Positions 1 through 7,569 of a stretch of 16,418 nucleotides of DNA are shown in pieces. Every line of letters begins with the position of its first letter. Within the stretch, counting starts at the first letter, position 1. The notes under the pieces are model-generated. The model was given only the letters and a program-made list of their open reading frames with translations. It was not told the origin of the DNA and searched no databases. A program made the translations under genes and the position numbers. The DNA is from Candidatus Heimdallarchaeota archaeon (lineage in GTDB: Archaea; Asgardarchaeota; Heimdallarchaeia; Heimdallarchaeales; Heimdallarchaeaceae): assembly GCA_018238545.1 (NCBI GenBank), contig JABCTC010000062.1, positions 1 through 16,418 on the forward strand. Reading direction: 5' to 3'.

Positions 1-174
1 CTATTCCTCAAATTGCTATATATACTCGAGAAATTAGTTGAAACAGATTTAAATAATAATATCGACAAAAACGATATTTTGATTATGAAAATACCTCTTC
101 CAACTGGTAGAGTTGAAAGTAAAACTGCTTTCTTGAATAAATTTTGTCTTATTGTCTTTATTAGTATTTTCTGA
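1..174 (+). other. Possible 3' fragment of an upstream ORF running in from the window edge, possibly interrupted by the TnpB element
   Basis: Frame +1 is open from base 1 to TGA at 172-174 (LFLKLLYILEKLVETDLNNNIDKNDILIMKIPLPTGRVESKTAF...). No recognisable family; the last ~16 codons overlap the predicted element end. Confidence 0.25.
141..158 (+). repeat. Left copy of the inverted repeat flanking tnpB (ATTTTGTCTTATTGTCTT)
   Basis: Reverse complement of 1478-1495 at 17/18 positions, with 141-154 perfect over 14 bp. Contains tandem TTGTCTTA/TTGTCTTT. Confidence 0.85.
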
Positions 175-175
175 G

Positions 176-183
176 TTTATATA
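176..183 (+). promoter_or_regulatory. Archaeal TATA box for tnpB (probably leaderless)
   Basis: TTTATATA ends 19-22 nt before ATG 203/206; no Shine-Dalgarno. Confidence 0.6.
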
Positions 184-202
184 GTGAAAGCTAGAGAAAA
201 GT

Positions 203-1462
203 ATGATGACCAAAGTCTTGCGGACAGAGATAATGGAAGTTCGTAGAAACAAAGAATTAAGTAGGTTATGTCATCATTCTAAAAACCTCTATAATCGAGC
301 AAACTATCTGGTAAAAGAACAGTTAAAGAAAAACAACAAACTGCTATTCTATAACGACCTAGATAGAATGTTGAAGGGAGAACAGTGTTACAAACTTTTA
401 CCTGCTCACACCGCTCAACACACACTCAAATTGTTATCAAGAAACTGGAAAACTTACTTTCTAGCCTTGAATGAGTGGAGGAAACAACCTCAAAAATTCC
501 TAAGTTGTCCTTGCGCCCCACATTTCAAAAAACCTACAAGGGAGACTATTGCTATTTTTAGTAATCAACAAGCGAGAATAATTAATGGATGGGTGATTTT
601 ACCAAAGAAGGTTAACTTTACTATTAAGACTCGCTTAACGGCTCATGATGATATACGTGAAGTGAGAGTCATCCCTCGAGGGATAGGTTATACTATCGAG
701 CTTGTCTACCACAAACAGTTTCCTAAAGCAATCAGTAAAAAAAAGAAAAGGAAAGGTTCCATCGATTTAGGTTTAACCAACCTCGTTACTTTCGTGGGTA
801 ACATCGGTTCGCATCCGATTGTCATCAAGGACGAGGGACAAGGGATAAAGTCAATTACACAATATTATCTGAAAGAAGTAAAAAAGTTACAGAAGCAATA
901 TGCATTACAGCAACATAAACAGTTACGTCAGAAGAACAGATTACAATACGGTTCAAGCTTCTTACATCTCCGTCAACACTGGAAATGGAAGGTGAAGGAT
1001 TGGTTACATAAGGTGAGTAAATTCCTCGTCGACCTCTGGGAAACAAGAGGTTTACACACCATCTACATCGGTTACAACCCTCTTTGGAAACAGCAACTTA
1101 GGTTGAGAAAGAAAACCACCCAACTCTTTGTTATCATTCCATTTGAAAAACTCATCAAAATCCTCAAGTATAAGGCAGAAGAGAAGGGGATAAAATTTGA
1201 ACCTATTGAAGAGTCTTATACCTCTAAATGTAGTTTCTTAGACAATGAGTTCCCCAAAAAGCATGTAAAATACAGGGGGAAGAGAGTGCATAGGGGTTTG
1301 TTCCGTTCCGCGACGGGATTGTTAATCAATGCTGATGTTAATGCTGCTTACAACATTTTACTTAAAGGCGATCCGCAAGCACTGTCTAAACGCAGTGTGG
1401 GCGGGGTAGGAGGGTATGTGGTTTACCCCCTCAGAGTGAGCTATCCGGCAATGAAACTCTAA
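203..1462 (+). CDS. tnpB: TnpB RNA-guided endonuclease, rearranged RuvC-II type lacking the zinc finger
   Basis: N-terminal 'LCHHSKNLYNRANY'; WED 'IREVRVIPRGIGYTIELVY'; RuvC-I 'SIDLG' (D188); 'LHKVSKFLV'; 'IYIGYN..WKQ' (G290 at the canonical Glu position); 'EESYTSKCSFLD' (E337); 'RVHRGLF'; RuvC-III 'NADVNAAYNI' (D378). Confidence 0.95.
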   Translation: MMTKVLRTEIMEVRRNKELSRLCHHSKNLYNRANYLVKEQLKKNNKLLFYNDLDRMLKGEQCYKLLPAHTAQHTLKLLSRNWKTYFLALNEWRKQPQKFLSCPCAPHFKKPTRETIAIFSNQQARIINGWVILPKKVNFTIKTRLTAHDDIREVRVIPRGIGYTIELVYHKQFPKAISKKKKRKGSIDLGLTNLVTFVGNIGSHPIVIKDEGQGIKSITQYYLKEVKKLQKQYALQQHKQLRQKNRLQYGSSFLHLRQHWKWKVKDWLHKVSKFLVDLWETRGLHTIYIGYNPLWKQQLRLRKKTTQLFVIIPFEKLIKILKYKAEEKGIKFEPIEESYTSKCSFLDNEFPKKHVKYRGKRVHRGLFRSATGLLINADVNAAYNILLKGDPQALSKRSVGGVGGYVVYPLRVSYPAMKL

Positions 1463-1570
1463 GAAAGATCTTGTTATAAGCCAATAAGACAAAATCAAAT
1501 CATTAACTTCCTTCTCAATAAAACTATAAATTTCGTACACTTTGTGTACAACCTTTTCTATTTTTTCATT
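1365..1570 (+). ncRNA. Predicted omegaRNA (reRNA) scaffold plus guide, overlapping the tnpB 3' end
   Basis: The tnpB tail is locally GC-rich with stems CACTG(1380-84)/CAGTG(1393-97) and GGGGTA(1403-08)/TACCCC(1424-29), and there is a terminal hairpin at 1535-1549. Position matches known TnpB omegaRNAs; limits are uncertain. Confidence 0.55.
1478..1495 (-). repeat. Right copy of the inverted repeat flanking tnpB (AAGCCAATAAGACAAAAT)
   Basis: Minus strand reads ATTTTGTCTTATTGGCTT, with tandem TTGTCTTA/TTGGCTTA; matches 141-158. Confidence 0.85.
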
Positions 1571-1658
1571 GCGATTAACTATTTACCTGTAAATAATTAT
1601 TTTTGTAGTAAGATAAATTTTCATTTTCATTTTCATTTGGGTTTGATCATAAATAGGA

Positions 1659-2125
1659 ATGGAAAACATTTATCAAATAACAGCTAATAATTCTAGTGTT
1701 ATAACAATGGAAATCAGAATTACAGGCACAACAACTGAAGGGAGAAATTTTTCAAAAAAAATAGATACAGAAATAACAAAACTCGGCCTTACTTCGAATA
1801 TTGGTTCGAATAAGCTCCAATCCATAGACCTAGAACCACTAAAACAATGTTCAGAATTAACAGAGCTCGCCCTTACGAATAACCAACTGCAGTCAATAGA
1901 CCTAATATCCCTATATCAGTAGTTACAATTGCAGAAATGGTCAATATTGAAAGAAAGCAATTAGCAAGGATTCTTGGTGCATTGGTTAAACAGAATGCCA
2001 ATATTGGAGAATATCTGGAATTGGAACAAGTGTTCATTAAGAAAACAGAGGTAGATGTGGGACTAGATAGATTATTGAAAGTGTTTGAGGAATTTGAAAG
2101 AACAGGAGAGGGAAAGAAAGAATAA
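1659..2125 (+). pseudogene. Internally deleted leucine-rich-repeat protein gene: LRR N-terminus (1659/1707-1922) joined out of frame to a winged-helix-like C-terminus (1898-2125)
   Basis: ORF1 has ~1.5-2 LRRs (SNKLQSIDLEPLKQCSELTELALTNNQLQSIDL) and then stops abruptly. The frame of ORF2 is open back to 1883 and reads RPNIPISVVTIAEMVNIERKQLARILGALVKQNANIGEYLELEQVFIKK from 1898. Confidence 0.7.
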
Positions 2126-2143
2126 TTATTTTATATGGTTGTC

Positions 2144-2151
2144 TTTTTTTT
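2144..2151 (+). terminator. Oligo-T archaeal terminator
   Basis: T8 run 19 nt after the stop at 2125. Confidence 0.45.
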
Positions 2152-2196
2152 AACATTAATAAACTATTTATGTAACTGTTCTTTTCTTATTATACT

Positions 2197-3684
2197 ATGA
2201 AGGAAATAGCTTCATCTGATAATGAAAGTGAAGAGTTTTTACGATTAATTTCTGAACAAACTTTTCTAGCATTGCTTCTTATTCAAGATAATCAGGTGAA
2301 GTATTCTAATAAAGCAACAGCAGAGTTGTTTGAGACAACAATTGAAGAAATGTACAAATGGGATGCACAGCGAGTTTTAGATGCTGTAGACGAAGAAGAT
2401 AGAGCTTTTGCAACTGAACAATTAATGAAAAAACAGAAAGGGGAAAACGATATTGTAACCTCATATTCTATTAAAATTAACACTTCTAAAGGTCAGAAAC
2501 ATATTAACCTGTTCTCTAAGACTATCATTTACAATGGAAAAACAGCTGATTTGATAAGTGGTATTAACATAACAGATCAGAGAAAAGCTGAGTTAGAATT
2601 AAAAGAAAGTGAAGATAAATTCAAACTTCTATTTAATAACACTAATGACAGTATTTTCATGATTCATGTAGATGAAGAAGGAAATATGTTGAAATTTGTT
2701 GAAGTAAATGATACTACTTGTACTTGGTTAGGACTTACAAGAGAAGAATTGCTTAGCCTGCCCCCTGAAAATCTATTGCCACCTGATTTGAAGGAAAAAG
2801 GAAAAGAAGCTATACAATGGATACTTAAATTTGGTTTCTTAACTTATGAAATTGAGATCCTTCTGATAGATGGTAACAGACTGCCTGTTGAGATGAGTTC
2901 GAGTTTGTTTTCTGATGGAGAGAAAAAATATGTGCTTTCAAGTGCTAGGGAGATAGGTGACAGATTAGTAGCACGAGAGATGAGAGAGAGTCAAATTGAA
3001 GAAAAAACTCTCCTTCTAGATATAATAACACACGATTTGCGCAACTATTTAGCTAGGATATGGGCATGTATAGAATATTCTTCTACAGCTAAAGAAGGTT
3101 CTTTACAAGAGTTGAAGCAACAAGCTTCAAAATCAAAATCTTCACTTCTCCAAATAGACAACTTGATCGACAATATTTCAGTTCTAATGAAGAGAGATAT
3201 AGGAGTGGAGTTAGAACTTAAACCAGTAAAACTCCTTAAAATGATCAATAAATGTATCGCAGATTTGAAGGATATTTATCCTGATAAATCACTTAAATTT
3301 AACCTTGAAAACATTGCCAAAGAGCATTTGGTTCTAGCTGATACGCTTTTCGATCAATTAATAATTAATGTTTTAACAAATGCAGTAAAGAATGATCCAG
3401 CTGAAAAAATCATTATTGACTTCAAACTTACAGAGAAAGAAGATTCAACTTATCTTTTGGAAATCGCTGATCATGGTAAAGGTATACCTCCAGATAAAAG
3501 GGAAAATATTTTCGAACGTTACAGTGAATTCAGAAAAACAGGTCAGGGTTCAGGTCTTGGTTTATTCATTATCAAAACTTTAGTTGAGAGATATCAAGGA
3601 CATGTTACAATCAAAAATACCATAGAAAAAGATTATACGAAAGGTACAACATTTTCACTACTTCTTAAAAAAGCTACAAAATAA
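2197..3684 (+). CDS. Cytoplasmic PAS-PAS sensor histidine kinase (orphan)
   Basis: Two PAS/PAC units (ending 'NITDQRKAE'; 'FKLLFNNTNDSIF...EVNDTTC..LG...EL'). H-box 'ITHDLRN', N-box 'NVLTNAVK', G1 'IADHGKGIP', F 'IFERY', G2 'GSGLGLFI'. No TM segments. TATA-like TATTTATG at 2165-2172. Confidence 0.95.
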   Translation: MKEIASSDNESEEFLRLISEQTFLALLLIQDNQVKYSNKATAELFETTIEEMYKWDAQRVLDAVDEEDRAFATEQLMKKQKGENDIVTSYSIKINTSKGQKHINLFSKTIIYNGKTADLISGINITDQRKAELELKESEDKFKLLFNNTNDSIFMIHVDEEGNMLKFVEVNDTTCTWLGLTREELLSLPPENLLPPDLKEKGKEAIQWILKFGFLTYEIEILLIDGNRLPVEMSSSLFSDGEKKYVLSSAREIGDRLVAREMRESQIEEKTLLLDIITHDLRNYLARIWACIEYSSTAKEGSLQELKQQASKSKSSLLQIDNLIDNISVLMKRDIGVELELKPVKLLKMINKCIADLKDIYPDKSLKFNLENIAKEHLVLADTLFDQLIINVLTNAVKNDPAEKIIIDFKLTEKEDSTYLLEIADHGKGIPPDKRENIFERYSEFRKTGQGSGLGLFIIKTLVERYQGHVTIKNTIEKDYTKGTTFSLLLKKATK

Positions 3685-3759
3685 CTTCAATTTTAACTTG
3701 TTCCGTTTAACTAAATTTTTAAATGGAATATATCTCTCAAAACTACAAGACCAAACTAT

Positions 3760-5073
3760 TTGTGGGAGATTACGTTTATGGAAGAAAGTGCAATAGTCAA
3801 GACTAAAACACCGATGAATTATAATGTGAAACTGGTGTTCCTTTACTCGTTTTTCCAATCCTTTGGTCGAGGTATATGGATGGGTAATGTGCTCTCACTC
3901 TACATTTTCTTGCTAGCTGGTTCGAATACTATTCTTGGTTGGACGTCATTTACAATGGGGATGGTACTAACTATATTCGTGTTTCCAGCAGGTATCTTAG
4001 CTGATAAATATGGACGTGATCTCTTTCTTAAGATAGCTTCTGTAATTGGTGTTGCAGCATTAGTTATCATCCTCTTTGGAGATACAATAATTTATGTTTT
4101 CATATCCTTAGGTTTGTGGGGACTATTTCAAGCATTATCTAGACCATCATTGGAATCAATTTTAGCAGATTCTGTTGAATCAGGGAGAAGGTCGAAAGTT
4201 TATTCATGGCTTCATCTTACAAGAAATGTTGCAATGGCTATTGGACCTTTTGCCAATATAGCTCTCTTCTTCTTGTTTGGAGACGTCTGGGAGCTTACTA
4301 TCCTAAAAAATGTGATGCTTGTAGGGATAGTGATTACCTTCTTATCAATTGGTATCATGGTATTTTTCAAAGACAAAAAGAGTTTAGGTTCAGCAAGTGA
4401 ATCCATAGAGGAAGAGGAGGAAGAAATAGTTGTCGAAAGTAGAAATGGTTTTGGATCTAAAATGTCCGAAAGCAAAAGAACTAAACTAATACCTTACTTG
4501 CTTGTAGGATCAAATGTTATAGTAGGAGTGGGAGCGGGGATGACGATAAAATATTTTCCTTTGTTCTTTGCAGGTCTTTACGAACTCAGTCCCATATGGG
4601 TTCAACTTATCATGGGTTCAACATCTGTAGCTACAGGTGTACTAAGCCTTCTTGCTCAACGTTTATCAATGAAACGAGGTCGGGCAGTTATCATATTTAT
4701 TGTCCAATTAACTGCGACTCTATGTCTGTTTGGAATTGCCTTCTATCCTCGATTAGGTATATTGATTCCTTTATTCATAGCAAGAGGAAGTTTAATGAAT
4801 GCAGCTCAACCGCTTAGTAGAAGTATTTTGATGGACGTTGTTCCCAAGAAAAATAGAGGAAAATGGAACTCATTAGAAACTTTAGCTTGGGGATTCTTCT
4901 GGAATTTCTCAGCTGCAATAGGTGGATATCTCGTAGGTGATGAATCACCTTACAATTTTAGATTAAACTTCTTAGTAACAGCATCAGTTTATGTCGTAGG
5001 GATAATTCCAATATTATTTTTAATACCTTTAGTTAGGAAGGAAAGAACAGCTAAGAAAACTCTATCTCAATAA
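3760..5073 (+). CDS. MFS transporter, substrate unknown; likely start ATG 3778
   Basis: About 12 hydrophobic helices, motif A 'GILADKYGRD', 'SILMDVVPKKNRGK', and an acidic central loop. GGAG precedes ATG 3778. Confidence 0.92.
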   Translation: MWEITFMEESAIVKTKTPMNYNVKLVFLYSFFQSFGRGIWMGNVLSLYIFLLAGSNTILGWTSFTMGMVLTIFVFPAGILADKYGRDLFLKIASVIGVAALVIILFGDTIIYVFISLGLWGLFQALSRPSLESILADSVESGRRSKVYSWLHLTRNVAMAIGPFANIALFFLFGDVWELTILKNVMLVGIVITFLSIGIMVFFKDKKSLGSASESIEEEEEEIVVESRNGFGSKMSESKRTKLIPYLLVGSNVIVGVGAGMTIKYFPLFFAGLYELSPIWVQLIMGSTSVATGVLSLLAQRLSMKRGRAVIIFIVQLTATLCLFGIAFYPRLGILIPLFIARGSLMNAAQPLSRSILMDVVPKKNRGKWNSLETLAWGFFWNFSAAIGGYLVGDESPYNFRLNFLVTASVYVVGIIPILFLIPLVRKERTAKKTLSQ

Positions 5074-5175
5074 TCCCTAACATAACGGGAGAAATATGTA
5101 AATTAAGATAATCCACCAACTTGATTTTTGTGCAAATTTACGTTTAGAGTAAATAAAATACAGAATATAATATTT

Positions 5176-5601
5176 CTACTTCTGCATTTTTCTTAGCACT
5201 GTCATTATTTGTTTTTCCACTATTCTAAAATCTGATAGATTTTCAATAATAATCTTAAACGCAAGTTTGTCATCAAATTTTCCATATCGATGAACAAGGA
5301 TATTTCGAAAACCTTTCATCCCCATGATAATGTTTGCTAATCTCACATCTAAGATTTCATTTTTGAGAAGCTGATCTATAATATCACTAGTTCCATTTGG
5401 AATACCTAATTTTAATTCTGCATTAATCAAAGAGAGTATATCGATTACTAGTTCAACACTATATTCATATCTTTTGTAAATACCATCTTTTACAATTCCT
5501 AATTTCTCAAATTCGACATATTTCTTAGATAAATTTTCTTCGATTAATTGAATATTTTCTCTAATTTGATCAAATTTAGCTATGATATGTTCAACTTTCA
5601 A
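5176..5601 (-). CDS. hepT: HEPN-domain RNase toxin (DUF86/HepT-like)
   Basis: 'GFRNILVHRYG' fits RX4HXY; 141 aa helical protein overlapping the MNT gene by 11 nt, with GGTG before the TTG start. Confidence 0.9.
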   Translation of the reverse strand: MKVEHIIAKFDQIRENIQLIEENLSKKYVEFEKLGIVKDGIYKRYEYSVELVIDILSLINAELKLGIPNGTSDIIDQLLKNEILDVRLANIIMGMKGFRNILVHRYGKFDDKLAFKIIIENLSDFRIVEKQIMTVLRKMQK

Positions 5602-5989
5602 ACATTACACCTTTCACATACTGGTTTCTGTATTTCTCAAAATCCTCGAACTCTCGGATTATTTGATAAGCTAAGTCGTAAAGAAGTCTAGTTTCATAAA
5701 GAACTCTCCCCTCTAGAACTTCTTTTTGAACTGAAAGAGGGAGCAAATTTAAAACTTGAAAATCAAAAAAATCAAGATACTTACTGGAAAACTCTATTCG
5801 TTTGCTAAACATCATTTGTTTTGGTGTGTCTTTATGAAAAGCCAAAGCTATGTCAATGTCCTCAAAATATTCATTCTGATTGTAGGAACCATATAATATA
5901 ATTCCAGTTATTGAATCATCTTTTTGAGCAACTGCAACGATTTCTTTTATAGTGTTCTCAATTTGAGCTCTATTCACAGATAACACCAA
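5591..5989 (-). CDS. mntA: Minimal nucleotidyltransferase antitoxin (MntA-like)
   Basis: 'IILYGS-x8-DIDIAL', 'FDFQVLNLLP...EVLEGRVLYE'; directly upstream of HEPN. Confidence 0.88.
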   Translation of the reverse strand: MVLSVNRAQIENTIKEIVAVAQKDDSITGIILYGSYNQNEYFEDIDIALAFHKDTPKQMMFSKRIEFSSKYLDFFDFQVLNLLPLSVQKEVLEGRVLYETRLLYDLAYQIIREFEDFEKYRNQYVKGVMFES

Positions 5990-6153
5990 TTTACTATTAG
6001 TAAAATCCTATTTGAACTTTATCTCTGATAACATTTAATCATATAGAGATAATTATTGTTAAATAATCATTTTGTCGAATTAAGCTTTCTACAAAACTAA
6101 ATACTATTTATATTAGAAAAATCACCTAATTAGCTAAACTAATAATAAAGAAT

Positions 6154-7486
6154 CTATTTTGCTTTATTGCTATATTTGTACAATTTTTCAACTAAAGCTA
6201 TCCCTGCAGTAAATATCAAGACTCCTGCACCAATAAAAATGAGTATTTCAGCTGTTCCTCCAAGACTCAATATTATGCTACCAACTGTACTATAAGCCAA
6301 ATGACAGTATACCAATTAACTGCAATCCCATTATCATAGATTCTTTACTGGGTTTATGTTCATGTTCATGTGAATGAACACCGAAAGTAAATCCTTGTCC
6401 TCTACTAATTGAAATGTTTAGATGTCTGTGTTTATGCTGAAGTTTGTTTTCTGATATCTCAGAATCGAAATAATTTTCCATCTCCAGCACAGCAATATTT
6501 CGTGCAGGTTCCATAAGTGATTCACCAATACCAACAATGGCAAAAAGAACGAGAACACCAATCCACGGGTAAACTAAATTGTATCCTACAACTCCTGCTC
6601 CTTTGATTAACATACTAAGAGCCATAGGAACCCATGAACCTATCTTGTCTACAAGTTTACCCGTAAAAATCTGAGCTAACCCCCAACAAGCATCTCCTGT
6701 GAAGAAAATTATAGAAATTTGAATTTTAGTCATTCCATGCGATGAGAGAACCAATGGAAGATTGGGTGTATATATTCCATGTGAGAAATCATACAGAGCA
6801 TATATAACAAGTAGAAGGACAAATGGAAGAAATTTGAACAATCCCTTAAGATTTTTAAAGTGGAAGTGAGGTAATGCAATTTGATCAATTTCAAAAACTT
6901 TAGATTCTGACTTTCTATAAACTACAAAAGATAGAATGACAGCTATCAAAGCTAGAGATATACTAACTAATAGAACAATTTGAAAAGGAGTAAAAATCCA
7001 GAGAGTGGTTTCTCCAAATATTGATTCTTCAAAGAAACCTGCAAAGCCTTGACCAATAGCTCCTCCAAAAAATATACTTCCAAACAGCGTACCAACTGCT
7101 TCACCTTTGTTTTCTTCATAATGTGTATCTGCATAGTTCAGGATTGCAATGATTAATAATCCATAACCTAATCCCTCAAGAAGTCGAGCAATTGTAACAG
7201 TAACTAAAAACGGTAAAACCATTATAACTAGACTGGAGAACCACATTAACATAACAACGAAGAAGGCAGATTCTTTCCTGCTAAAGATTCTTGCAAGTAG
7301 CAATAAACCTACAATCTGTCCAACAGCATATAGAACAGAAGTGACGGAAACAATAACTTCAGACCCCCCTAATGCAACTATTTGAAATGGCAATAGTAAA
7401 CGAGCTAAACCAATTCCTACTGAACCAAGAAGTATAAGAAAGAAATGATACAGAAGTCCTCTATCTTTAAACAAAAGAATTTTCAA
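6154..7486 (-). pseudogene. MFS transporter with His-rich loop, frameshifted at ~6292 (pseudogene or assembly error)
   Basis: ORF 6290-7486 has ~10.5 TMs and 'GKLVDKIG', and ends mid-helix at 'SFGL-TAG'. The +1 frame 6291->6154 gives STVGSIILSLGGTAEILIFIGAGVLIFTAGIALVEKLYKYSNKAK*, the missing end of TM11 and TM12. GGAG precedes the TTG start. Confidence 0.85.
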
Positions 7487-7501
7487 ATATTGGTTATCTC
7501 C

Positions 7502-7542
7502 GTTAATAAGTTATTAACATCAGCCCATGTGTAGTTATTTAA
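7502..7542 (-). promoter_or_regulatory. MFS promoter (TATA TTAAATAA, 7542-7535) with a perfect 8-1-8 palindromic operator at 7502-7518
   Basis: GTTAATAA-G-TTATTAAC. An A-rich BRE-like stretch precedes the TATA, and the expected TSS falls within the palindrome. Confidence 0.65.
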
Positions 7543-7569
7543 CTTTTTGTGATTTAAAATAATTTTGAG

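Larger units (their letters stand above)
126..1552 (+). mobile_element. Non-autonomous tnpB-only IS element (IS200/IS605/IS607 superfamily, IS1341-like organisation); ends approximate
   Basis: tnpB without tnpA. Inverted repeats at 141-158 and 1478-1495, and a hairpin GTACAC-TTT-GTGTAC at 1535-1549. Boundaries are guessed from GTAAAAC (119-125) resembling GTACAAC (1546-1552). Confidence 0.55.

Noticed and set aside
36-119. AGTTGAAAC (36-44) and AGTTGAAAG (111-119), 75 nt apart, resembling CRISPR repeat ends beside a TnpB
   Set aside because: The sequences preceding the two 9-mers are dissimilar and there are only two copies, so there is no array. Sequence left of the window was not visible.
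1618-1635. (TTTTCA)x3 microsatellite
   Set aside because: Too short and low-complexity in AT-rich intergenic DNA.
1920-1964. Pyrrolysine-type read-through of the TAG ending the LRR ORF
   Set aside because: The in-frame continuation (LQLQKWSILKESN*) is not LRR-like and stops at another TAG; the protein-like continuation is in another frame.
6278-6292. TAG read-through in the His-rich MFS
   Set aside because: In frame it gives only YSW then TAG; the missing helices are in the +1 frame.
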